DNA of 11,810 bases from a bacterium (lineage in GTDB: Bacteria > Sysuimicrobiota > Sysuimicrobiia > Sysuimicrobiales > Humicultoraceae). Position 1 is the stretch's first letter. Every line of letters begins with the position of its first letter. The position numbers were made by a program, and so were the translations under genes. Of the stretch, positions 1-8,626 are shown piece by piece. The stretch is from the NCBI GenBank assembly GCA_041497675.1, contig JBGQGY010000113.1, positions 1-11,810 of the forward strand. The letters run 5' to 3'. The notes below the pieces were generated by a model. It was given only the letters and a program-made list of their open reading frames with translations, was not told the origin of the DNA and ran no database searches.

Positions 1-428
1 CCCATGGGATGGGCGTCGTGGTGGAAGCCGTCCAGGAACTTCTTGATCGATTCGTGGATCATTGTGTGGTGGGTGATCTCGGTGATCCACTCTTCAATCT
101 GGGTCTGCGTCGGTAGCTCGCCGCGCAAGACCAGGTAGGCGGTTTCCAGGTAGCTCGACTTCTCGGCCAGTTGCTCGATCGGGTAACCCCTGTACCGAAG
201 GATCCCCCGCTCACCGTCAACGTGCGTGATGCGGCTCCGGCACGCGGCCGTGTTCCCGAATGAGGGATCGTAGGCCATCAGGCCGAAGTCGTCGGCCGAC
301 GCCTTGATCTGCCTCAAGTCGCTGGCGTTGATCGCCGCCCCGTAGGTGGGATAAGTGCCATACAGGATCGGGAGTTCGTAGGACTTGCCGGTCCGGTTGT
401 CGGTGACCGTCAGGGTGTCCCTGCCCAT
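1..428 (-). CDS. gltA: Citrate synthase, N-terminal ~142 aa (runs off the left edge; absent from the ORF track)
   Basis: Manual translation from ATG at 428: MGRDTLTVTDNRTGKSYELPI...FGLMAYDPSFGNTAACRSRITHVDGERGILRYRGYPIEQLAEKSSYLETAYLVLRGELPT...FHHDAHPM. Contains the citrate synthase motifs YDP.F.NTA.C.S.IT..DG..G.LRYRGYPIEQLA and DAHPM. RBS GAGGAGGG at 442-435. Confidence 0.96.
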   Translation of the reverse strand, partial: MGRDTLTVTDNRTGKSYELPILYGTYPTYGAAINASDLRQIKASADDFGLMAYDPSFGNTAACRSRITHVDGERGILRYRGYPIEQLAEKSSYLETAYLVLRGELPTQTQIEEWITEITHHTMIHESIKKFLDGFHHDAHPM

Positions 429-460
429 CGAAATCCCTCCTCAGCGCCCGTACTTGATTC

Positions 461-466
461 ATTCTA
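461..466 (-). promoter_or_regulatory. Candidate sigma70 -10 box (TAGAAT) upstream of gltA
   Basis: TAGAAT on the minus strand in an AT-rich patch about 30 nt upstream of the ATG. No convincing -35. Confidence 0.3.
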
Positions 467-524
467 GAAGGCACCGTTGGAGGGACGATATCCGGCTGAC
501 GCCCTATCTTCAACCCCTGGGTCG

Positions 525-544
525 GGCGGCCCCGTGGAGCCGCC
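525..544 (-). terminator. GC hairpin after the 561-869 gene (possible weak terminator)
   Basis: Minus strand GGCGGCUC-CACG-GGGCCGCC, 8 bp with one U-G pair, just after the TAG at 561. No U-tract. Confidence 0.25.
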
Positions 545-560
545 GGGATCCGGGCGGGGG

Positions 561-869
561 CTAATAACCGCGCATCTTGTTGTAATGCGCAATCTGGTCG
601 GGACTGAGGACTTCGGCCGTGGCCAGGTGTGCAGCGAGGTGGACCGTCTCGAGGTCACCTCCGTTGAGTTCAGCCGATTTGGCCAGCCCGGCGCCTTCCC
701 CGGCCGCGATCTGTCGAACCTCTTCGGGGCTCAGCGCGCGGATGGGCGCGGACGGCGAGAACTGGCCGGCATACGGTGACCGGGTGTGGTGCGTTTGGGC
801 CAGCACCGTTGTGGTGCCAAGAACCAGGAGCGCCAAAAGAATCAATCTAGGTACCCACCGCACGACCAT
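561..869 (-). CDS. Small exported protein (102 aa), Spy/CpxP-like 'SPYAG...AELNG...HL.AHL...RGY' family, apparently lacking the central region
   Basis: ATG at 869 with RBS GAGGGAAG. Sec signal peptide MVVRWVPRLILLALLVLGTTTVLA. Motifs SPYAGQ, IRALSPEE, GEGAGLAKSAELNG and HLAAHL...LSPDQIAHYNKMRGY. The ORF-track extension to 1628 overlaps the permease gene. Confidence 0.75.
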   Translation of the reverse strand: MVVRWVPRLILLALLVLGTTTVLAQTHHTRSPYAGQFSPSAPIRALSPEEVRQIAAGEGAGLAKSAELNGGDLETVHLAAHLATAEVLSPDQIAHYNKMRGY

Positions 870-907
870 CGGTGCTTCCCTCGTATCTTCGGACGTGGTG
901 ACGCTTA

Positions 908-913
908 ATTGTA
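908..913 (-). promoter_or_regulatory. Candidate -10 box (TACAAT) for the 561-869 gene
   Basis: TACAAT in an AT-rich intergenic patch. Weak -35-like TGGCCT at 936-931 with 17-nt spacing. Confidence 0.3.
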
Positions 914-1706
914 TGCTTTTGGCGCGTGCTAGGCCATCCGCGGGTACAGGTGGGCGGCTATGCCGACGAGAGCGGCTGACGCCCCGATGAGGACGGCGAA
1001 GTCGACCCCGAGCCCGAAGCCACTCGATCCGCCGGAGATCATCAGGGCCCGGAGCGCGTCGACTTCGTAGGACAGTGGATTGGCCACCGAGATCACCCGC
1101 AGCCACTGCGGCATCAGGCTCAACGGATAGATGGCGTTGCTGGCGAAGAACAGCGGCATGGTCAGGACCTGCCCGATGCCCATGAAGCGTTCCCGGGTCT
1201 TCACCAGGCAGGCGATGACGAGCGACAGCATGGAAAAGAGCGCGGATCCGATCACGATCAACACGAGCACCGCCAGGATGTGCATAGGTTGGAAACTCAG
1301 CGCGATTCCCATGGTGAGCGCCAGAAGGTAGACGATCACCGCCTGGGACAGCCCGCGTATGCCCGCCGAGAGTGCTTTCCCTAGCACGAGCGCCTCCCGG
1401 GACGCAGGACTGACCAACAACTTCTGCAGGATGCCGAGGTCCCGCTCCCAGATGGCAGAGATCCCGTAGAAGATCGAGACGAAGAGAGCACTCTGTGCCA
1501 GAACGCCGGGGGTCATGAAGTCCAGGTACCTTAGGCCCCCGGTCGGGACCCCCCGCACGCGGGCCATCACATTGCCGAAGACGACGAGCCACAGCGTAGG
1601 CTGCACCGCCCTGGTGATGAGTTCCCACGGGTCGTGGCGAAGCTTGCGCATCTCGGCATCGGCGATGGCGCGAACGTGGCCTCCGAAACGGAAGAGGCCG
1701 CCGGCG

Positions 1707-2507
<801 letters not shown>

Positions 2508-2526
2508 CCGCGGCCCACTGGTCCCT

Positions 2527-2985
2527 TCACGGAGTGTCCTGCTGACGAACCGTAAGCACGGGGATCCGACTGTACCTCACCAGGTGTTCCGCGACGCTGC
2601 CGATCAGCACATGCCCCAAGCCTGTCCGACCGTGCGTTCCCATGACAATGAGGTCAGCCTTGAGTTCCTGGGCCACGTCCAGGATTATGGATCGCGGCAT
2701 TCCCTCCCGGATGAGAGTTCGCGCGCGCGGCAGGCGGGCTGCCAGTTGTTTCATCGCCGTGTTGGCGTTGTTCTGTATCTCTTGGATCATTGCATCGTCC
2801 ATCCACAGACCGATATCTGGCGAGGAGGCCACGATCGCAGGGGTGACGAGGTCGAGGACATGCAGGAGCACAATCTCGGCCCCTGTTGCCTCTGCGATTC
2901 TCGCGGCCAAACGCAGCGCTGGCTCGGCCCCGGGCGACAGGTCAGTAGGAACCAGAATGAGCTTGAGTTGACTGGCTGCGGCCAT
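2527..2985 (-). CDS. Universal stress protein (UspA family)
   Basis: ILVPTDLS, LLHV and ADLIVMGTHGRTGLGHVLIGSVAEHLVRYSRIPVLTV (G-2X-G-9X-GS ATP-binding motif). RBS GGAGGGG. Confidence 0.96.
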   Translation of the reverse strand: MAAASQLKLILVPTDLSPGAEPALRLAARIAEATGAEIVLLHVLDLVTPAIVASSPDIGLWMDDAMIQEIQNNANTAMKQLAARLPRARTLIREGMPRSIILDVAQELKADLIVMGTHGRTGLGHVLIGSVAEHLVRYSRIPVLTVRQQDTP

Positions 2986-3114
2986 GCTCTTCCCCTCCGA
3001 TGCAATGGATACCAGTCCACACCAATGCTACGACGCGCGGCCACAGACGGGCCATCGGACGCCGGAAGTATTCAGTAATGTGCGCCGGGGGGGTGGCGAG
3101 ACGAGAAGAGGCTG

Positions 3115-4071
3115 TTAGGTCACCGTCGGCGCCGCGTGCGCGGCTGTCGCAGCAGACATCGCCGCCTTGGCTTCCAGGGCCGCCCAGTTCTCTTCCACCC
3201 ATCTCTGCAGGCGCTCAGCCACATCGGGCGCCGCTGCGAGATGCTTGAAGCGGCCCTGCATCGCCAGCCAGTCGGCCACCGGCCGCACGCGCGCCGGTTT
3301 GACGGTGATGCGCCACCGTCCCTTTTCGACCTCGTACAGCGGCCAGTAGTGCGTGTCGACGGCAACCTGCGACAACTCCACCGTGAGGTTCGTGGGATAG
3401 TCCCAGCCCGGCTGGCACGGCGCCAGCACATTGAGGAACGACGGACCCTGCACAGCAAGGGCCTTGGTGATCTTCTTCGCAAGGTCACCCCAATGGCTGA
3501 TGCTGGCCTGCGCCGCGTAGGGGATGTTGTGCGCCGCGACGACTTCGGTGAGGTCCTTCCGAAACTCGACTTTGCCCGGAACCACCCGGCCGGCGGGCGT
3601 CGTGGTCGTGCGGGCCCCGGGCGGGGTTGCGCTGGAGCGCTGGATGCCGGTATTCATGTAGCCTTCGTTGTTGTAGCAGATGTACAGCAGGTCGTGACCG
3701 CGCTCAAGCGCGCCGGAGAGGCTCTGAAGCCCGATGTCGTAGGTGCCGCCGTCGCCGCCGATCGCGACGATCTTCGGCGGCGCATCCAGCCGGCCGCGCC
3801 GGACAAGCGCCCGCACTGCCGCCTCCACACCGGAGGCGGTCGCCGCCGCATTCTCGAACGCGCTGTGCAGATAGGGCACCGGCCAGGCGCTGTAGGGATA
3901 GATCGTGGTCACGACTTCCATGCAGCCCGTCGCGTTGATCACGACCAGCGGTTGCTTCGCGGCCGTCAGCAGCAGGCGAATGATCGTCGGGAAGCCGCAC
4001 CCTGCGCACGCCCGATGACCGGGCGCGAGACCTTCACCGTGCGTCGACAGTTCGCGCAGGTTGAGGCTCAT
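3115..4071 (-). CDS. porB: Pyruvate/2-oxoacid:ferredoxin oxidoreductase beta subunit (TPP-binding)
   Basis: GHRACAGCG, ATGCMEV, FENAAA, TPP motif GGDGGTYDIG...NNEGYMNTGIQRS, PCQPGW. ATGA overlap with the porA stop. Confidence 0.94.
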   Translation of the reverse strand: MSLNLRELSTHGEGLAPGHRACAGCGFPTIIRLLLTAAKQPLVVINATGCMEVVTTIYPYSAWPVPYLHSAFENAAATASGVEAAVRALVRRGRLDAPPKIVAIGGDGGTYDIGLQSLSGALERGHDLLYICYNNEGYMNTGIQRSSATPPGARTTTTPAGRVVPGKVEFRKDLTEVVAAHNIPYAAQASISHWGDLAKKITKALAVQGPSFLNVLAPCQPGWDYPTNLTVELSQVAVDTHYWPLYEVEKGRWRITVKPARVRPVADWLAMQGRFKHLAAAPDVAERLQRWVEENWAALEAKAAMSAATAAHAAPTVT

Positions 4072-5252
4072 GACTCGTCTCCTCGGACGCCCAGATACCC
4101 AACGGGTGGCCCATCGACCTCGCCGAGCAGCAGCGAGGCGACGGCATCGAGATCCTCTGGGCGAAGATCACGGCCGCCCAGCCCGAAGATTCGGTTGAAG
4201 AGCCGCGGGGGGGTCGCGGCTCCGTACAGGGCGGCCGCGGTATCCACGACGAGCGGCCCCCCGAGCGTGCTCAAGGTATCGGCTCGCTCGAGGACGGCCA
4301 CGCGGCTGAAGCGGGTCAAGACCGTGCGTACCGCCATCGCCGGGAACGGCCGGAACAGCCGCAGGCGCACCAGCGCGACCTTGCGGCCCGCATCCGCCCA
4401 GCGTGCCACGGCTTCTGCCGCCACGTCGGCTGTGCTGCCGAGCAGCATGATGGCACACTCGGCATCGTCCGGTCCCATGGTCTCGAGAAGGGGCGGCAAC
4501 GCCCGGCGGAAGTGGCGGTTGAACGCCTCCGTCGCCTCGTCCACCGTATGGATCGCGACCGTCATGGCCTCGGCCTGGGCCCGACGGAACTCCATGTACG
4601 AATCGGGGAGTGCGAGCGGTCCGACGGTAATCGGCGGGCCGGTCAGCACCGAGTATGCCGGCTGTGGTGTCCCGATGAACGCTCGAACTTCATCGTCCTC
4701 GAACACATCAACCGCTTCGAGGCCGTGGCTGAGGGTGAACCCGTCTAGACACACCATCGCTGGGATTCGCGCCGCTTCGGCGATGCGCACGGCCAGGATG
4801 GCTGTTTCGTACGTTTCCTGCACATCACGGCAGTAGAGCTGCATCCAACCCGCGTCCCGCGAGCCCATGGCGTCCGAGTGATCGCCGTGGATATTCAAAG
4901 GCGCCGAGAGCGCGCGGTTCGCCACGGCCATGGTGATGGGCAGGCGGAGTCCGGCGGCGATATAGAGCATCTCGTGCATCAGCGCCAGGCCCTGCGAGGC
5001 AGTCGCGGTCGTCACGCGTGCCCCACCGGCCGCGGCGCCGATGCACGCCGACATCGCCGAGTGCTCCGACTCCACCGGGACGAAGATCGTGCCGACGTCA
5101 CCGTCGGCGACGAACTGCGAGAACTTTTCAACGATCCCGGTCGACGGCGTGATGGGATAGGCGGCGACCACATCGGGGTCGATCTGCCTCCAGGCCATCG
5201 CGACCGCGTCGTTGCCGGTCAACCCAATTCGGCGCCGGGTGGCTATAGCCAT
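4068..5252 (-). CDS. porA: Pyruvate/2-oxoacid:ferredoxin oxidoreductase alpha subunit
   Basis: GNDAVA, AYPITP, VESEHSAMSACIGA, TATASQGL, ANRALSAPLNIHGDHSD, DGFTLSH, RLFRPFP, GLGGRD. Start at ATG 5252 (TGATG coupling to the upstream stop, RBS GGAGG). Confidence 0.94.
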   Translation of the reverse strand: MAIATRRRIGLTGNDAVAMAWRQIDPDVVAAYPITPSTGIVEKFSQFVADGDVGTIFVPVESEHSAMSACIGAAAGGARVTTATASQGLALMHEMLYIAAGLRLPITMAVANRALSAPLNIHGDHSDAMGSRDAGWMQLYCRDVQETYETAILAVRIAEAARIPAMVCLDGFTLSHGLEAVDVFEDDEVRAFIGTPQPAYSVLTGPPITVGPLALPDSYMEFRRAQAEAMTVAIHTVDEATEAFNRHFRRALPPLLETMGPDDAECAIMLLGSTADVAAEAVARWADAGRKVALVRLRLFRPFPAMAVRTVLTRFSRVAVLERADTLSTLGGPLVVDTAAALYGAATPPRLFNRIFGLGGRDLRPEDLDAVASLLLGEVDGPPVGYLGVRGDES

Positions 5253-6178
5253 CAGGTTTCCTCCGGGACCATGACGATCGAGTGCGCGCGTGGCGGGCAC
5301 ACCTCGGCGCAGATGCCGCAGCCCTTGCAGTAGGTCAGGTCGATCTGCGTGATCCGGCCGTCTTTGGTGATGATCGAGGAGTCAGGGCAGTACAGCCAGC
5401 AGAGCATGCAGTGGACGCACGTGCTGAGGTCGAGCCGCGGCTGTTGTTGCCGCCAGTCGCCGGTCTCGAACTGCCGGCTCGTCCCTGCCGGCATGTACGG
5501 GCCCGCCGCCGCATCCTGCCACCGGAGGCCCTCGCGTGCTTGCCGGCGCGGCGGAGCAGCCGTCCCGTCGGTGGTCCGAAGGGGGGTGGGGTTGGGCTGC
5601 CCCGCCAGCGCCGCGAGCACGGTGGTCGCAGCCGCGAGATTGCCCGCGACCACCTCAGGCCTGAACTCCTTGCCGAGCCGCTTCTCTAGCCAGCGCAGGA
5701 ACTCGTCCTGCGGCAGGAGATCGAGAGATGCAACAACTGCCGACAGCATCGGAACGTTGGGCAGGTCGCGACCCAGCGCGTCGCGAGCGGCCGACGATGC
5801 GTCCACGAGGACCAGACGGCCGGGCACGCGAGCCGCGATCGCGGCTCGCGAGTCTGGCGGCGCGTTGACGAACACGATCGTGTCCGGTGTCACGCCGTCC
5901 AGCGTCTGGGGCGCGTCGAGCAGCCCTGGGTCGAGCACCGCGATGGCGTCGGGATTCGTCACCGGGCCTCGCTGTGCGATACGATGATCGGCGATTCGGG
6001 TAAACGCCTGAACGGGCGCTCCCCGGCGCTCCGGGCCGAATTCGGGCGCCGCCTGCGCGTACCCGCCGGCGTCGATGATCGCCTCGGCGAGTAAGATCGC
6101 GGCGGTCTTGGCTCCGTACCCTCCGCGCCCGTGCCACCTGAAGGACAATGCGCGGAGCCCCACCCTGGTTGCGCTCAT
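5252..6178 (-). CDS. porC: Fused gamma-delta subunit of the 2-oxoacid:ferredoxin oxidoreductase (PorC + PorD), 308 aa
   Basis: Gamma motifs RWHGRGGYGAKTAA, PEFGPERRGAPV, PNVPML. A Pro/Thr/Ala linker follows, then delta motifs TGDWR, CVHCMLCWLYCP and CKGCGICAEVCP (2x[4Fe-4S]). ATG 6178 with RBS GAGGAG. Confidence 0.92.
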   Translation of the reverse strand: MSATRVGLRALSFRWHGRGGYGAKTAAILLAEAIIDAGGYAQAAPEFGPERRGAPVQAFTRIADHRIAQRGPVTNPDAIAVLDPGLLDAPQTLDGVTPDTIVFVNAPPDSRAAIAARVPGRLVLVDASSAARDALGRDLPNVPMLSAVVASLDLLPQDEFLRWLEKRLGKEFRPEVVAGNLAAATTVLAALAGQPNPTPLRTTDGTAAPPRRQAREGLRWQDAAAGPYMPAGTSRQFETGDWRQQQPRLDLSTCVHCMLCWLYCPDSSIITKDGRITQIDLTYCKGCGICAEVCPPRAHSIVMVPEET

Positions 6179-6342
6179 GCCGCTCCTCGTCGGCCGGCGG
6201 CTGGACCACCACCCGCCGGTCGGTCTTACGACTCCAGAATCGGCCCGGAGGCTCTCCCGAACAATCGGGCGGCGGCCCGATCTTGGGTCCGGCGCCGGCG
6301 GGCAGGGAGTAAGAACGCCATATCTCTTCGAATACTCCACCC
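6179..6342. promoter_or_regulatory. Divergent intergenic region (por operon vs moeA-mobB) rich in inverted repeats
   Basis: Non-coding gap between divergent starts. Stems at 6191-6200/6213-6222, 6264-6270/6275-6281 and 6224-6235/6306-6314. Confidence 0.5.
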
Positions 6343-8088
6343 GTGCCCAATGACGCGCCCCGCGAGAAGATGCGCCCCCCGAGCGTTGAGGACGCTCTGA
6401 CGATCATCCTGCGGGCGACCGCGAGGGGCGCTGCAGAGGATGTGCGGCTGCCGGAGGCTGCGGGTCGCGTGCTCGCGGCGCGCATCGTGGCGACGGAGGA
6501 TCTCTGGCCGTTCGCACGGGCGGCGATGGATGGCATCGCGGTACGCGGTGCAGATGTGGCCGGGGCGTCAACAGAACACCCCGTACGCCTCCTCGTGACC
6601 GGCGCCGTGTACGCCGGGCAGGCGGCGGATGGCGCGCTGCGGCAGGGGGAGTGCGTGCGCGTGGCCACCGGGGCGCCGGTGCCGACAGGTGCAGATGCGG
6701 TCATCCCGCAGGAATTGTTGCAGATCGACGGCAACGCCGTGTTTGTCTCACAGTCCATCGCATCGGGTCAGCACATCTTCCCCGCCGGTGAGGACGTACG
6801 AGCCGGCGAGCACGTTCTTGAACCAGGCATTCTCCTGCGCGGCGGCCATCTCGGGTTGCTGGCCTCGATGGGTTGTGCCACAGTGCCGGTCGTCCGCCGT
6901 CCGGTGGTCGCGATTCTGACTTGTGGCGACGAGTTGATCGATCCAGGGGAAGCCTTGCGCCCCGGCCTCGTACGCGAAAGTAATGGATACGCACTCTCGG
7001 CCGATGTGAAGGCCGTGGGCGCCCAAGCCGTGATGCTCGACAACGCGCGCGACAATGTGCGCGAGATGGACGACGCTATTCGGCGGGGGCTGGAAGCCGA
7101 TGTGCTCATCACCAGCGGCGGGTTGTCGGTGGGCGAGCGCGACCTCGTGCGGCCGGGCTTGCGGCGGGCGGGCGTCGCGATCGAGTTTGAAACCGTTGCG
7201 ATGAAGCCCGGCGCGCGGGTGGCGTTCGGTCGCATCGGTCACCGTCTGGTCTTTGGTTTGCCCGGCACGCCCAGCGCGTGTCGCGTCGCGTTCGAGATCC
7301 TGGTGGTCCCCGCGCTGCGAACCCTGCTCGGATATCGTGACGCAGTGAGACCGCGTGTGACCGCGCGTCTCACTGCGCCCATCCGGGTCCGGCCCGGCCG
7401 CCGGCGCTACTTGTGGGGTCTGGCTACGCTCGGTGCCGACGGGGTCGCGGTCGCACCGCATTTGGTGCAGAGTACCGCGACGCTGCGCGCGTCGAGCGAC
7501 GCGAATGCCCTCATTGTTCTCGATGGCGAGACCAGCGAACTTCGCGCGGGCGCCCGCGTCTCGGTGCACGTGCCGGACCTGGAGGCCCTAGGGGGCGCCG
7601 CGGCGCCGCGGCAGGACATCATCGGTATCGTCGGCGCGCGGGGCGCGGGGAAAACCAGGCTCATCGAACGGCTGATCCCCGCGCTGGCCCGGCACGGCGT
7701 CAGCGTCGTCGTTGTCAAACATCACGCCCATCAGCTCGCGCTCGATCAAGAGGGATCCGATACGGCACGCGCGGCGTCGGCGGGGGCCGTCCGTACCATC
7801 CTGGCGGGGCCGGGCGGCGTCACAACCCGTGCGCCGTCCGGCGACGATCCTTCGCTGGAGGACGCTCTTGCCCACGCCGGTCGTGCGGATCTCGTGCTTG
7901 TTGAAGGATTCAGTCAGTCCGCAATCCCGAAGATTCTGGTGCTGGGCGGAAGCGCGGGACCTGCAAAGACCCCTCCCGCTGGGCCCATCATCGCCACGGT
8001 GGGTGATGTCGCCGGCGCAGACGCAGACGTGTTTCGTTGGGATCACATCGATCGTTTGGCCCGTTTCGTCCTGACACGCAAGAGATGA
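6343..8088 (+). CDS. moeA: Molybdopterin molybdotransferase MoeA fused to a C-terminal MobB domain
   Basis: MoeA motifs GRVLA, PFARAAMDG, TGAPVPTGADAVI, GEDV, GDEL, ESN, TSGGLSVGERD, MKPG, GLPGTP. From ~7612 MobB motifs IVGARGAGKT (Walker A), VVKHHAH, GSDT, DLVLVEGF, PKI. Start uncertain (GTG 6343 or ATG 6370). Confidence 0.92.
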   Translation: MPNDAPREKMRPPSVEDALTIILRATARGAAEDVRLPEAAGRVLAARIVATEDLWPFARAAMDGIAVRGADVAGASTEHPVRLLVTGAVYAGQAADGALRQGECVRVATGAPVPTGADAVIPQELLQIDGNAVFVSQSIASGQHIFPAGEDVRAGEHVLEPGILLRGGHLGLLASMGCATVPVVRRPVVAILTCGDELIDPGEALRPGLVRESNGYALSADVKAVGAQAVMLDNARDNVREMDDAIRRGLEADVLITSGGLSVGERDLVRPGLRRAGVAIEFETVAMKPGARVAFGRIGHRLVFGLPGTPSACRVAFEILVVPALRTLLGYRDAVRPRVTARLTAPIRVRPGRRRYLWGLATLGADGVAVAPHLVQSTATLRASSDANALIVLDGETSELRAGARVSVHVPDLEALGGAAAPRQDIIGIVGARGAGKTRLIERLIPALARHGVSVVVVKHHAHQLALDQEGSDTARAASAGAVRTILAGPGGVTTRAPSGDDPSLEDALAHAGRADLVLVEGFSQSAIPKILVLGGSAGPAKTPPAGPIIATVGDVAGADADVFRWDHIDRLARFVLTRKR

Positions 8089-8089
8089 A

Positions 8090-8122
8090 GACGCCGGAGG
8101 TCGCCACGTGCCCTCCGGCGTC
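8090..8122. terminator. Hairpin between convergent genes, likely bidirectional terminator
   Basis: Perfect 11-bp inverted repeat GACGCCGGAGG (8090-8100) / CCTCCGGCGTC (8112-8122) with an 11-nt loop, between the moeA stop (8088) and the rhodanese stop (8138). U-tracts are weak. Confidence 0.7.
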
Positions 8123-8137
8123 CTGGTTGAGCCGCGG

Positions 8138-8590
8138 CTATTTGTTGGTGACCGGCAGACCGGCCGCCTTCCAGCCGCCCAGACCGTTGCGGATCGACCG
8201 CACGTTCGTGTAGCCCCAGAGCCGCAGCACCGTCATGGCGATGGCGCCGCGGTGGCCGATCGCGCAGTAGACGACGATGGGGGTGCCCCTGCCGTCCGGC
8301 AGCCTGTCCAGCGCCTTCGGCAGGTCGCGAAGCGGGATATTCACGGCGCCGGCGATGCGCTCGCCCTCGAACTCGGACTTCTCACGCACGTCGAGGATGA
8401 GCGGCTTGGCGGTCTCCATCAGTTTCTGGACCGTGGCCGGGTCGATCAGGAAGAAGTCGGCCGGGAGCGCGGTCAGGAACTTCTCGGTCGTCGTCAGCGT
8501 GTTCTTGTCGATCCAGTCCTGGCTGGTCGCCGGGACCGCGACGGCGAAGGCGAGCATCAGGCCAAGCAGGGCGACTAAGGTCTTTTTCAT
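8138..8590 (-). CDS. Exported single-domain rhodanese (sulfurtransferase), 150 aa
   Basis: Sec signal MKKTLVALLGLMLAFAVAVPA. Motifs LILDVREKSEF, IAGAVNIP, active site VVYCAIGHRG, GGLGGW-like NGLGGWKAAGLP. RBS GAAGGAGG upstream of ATG 8590. Confidence 0.93.
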   Translation of the reverse strand: MKKTLVALLGLMLAFAVAVPATSQDWIDKNTLTTTEKFLTALPADFFLIDPATVQKLMETAKPLILDVREKSEFEGERIAGAVNIPLRDLPKALDRLPDGRGTPIVVYCAIGHRGAIAMTVLRLWGYTNVRSIRNGLGGWKAAGLPVTNK

Positions 8591-8626
8591 CTTGGTTCCC
8601 TCCTTCGTGTGATTGGTCATTCTCCC

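Noticed and set aside
870..1628. N-terminal extension of the 561..1628 ORF
   Set aside because: It overlaps the ABC permease in another frame. The signal peptide and RBS place the start at 869.
3136..4836. 566-aa plus-strand ORF
   Set aside because: Antisense shadow of porB/porA in high-GC DNA, Arg/Ser-rich with no family motifs.
6179..6340. Longer N-terminus for the gamma-delta ORF (and start 5300 for porA)
   Set aside because: No family similarity in the extensions. Good RBSs support starts at 6178 and 5252.
8591..8620. Alternative rhodanese start at ATG 8620
   Set aside because: Its SD-like sequence is too close to the ATG. ATG 8590 has a well-spaced GAAGGAGG and begins a classic MKK signal peptide.
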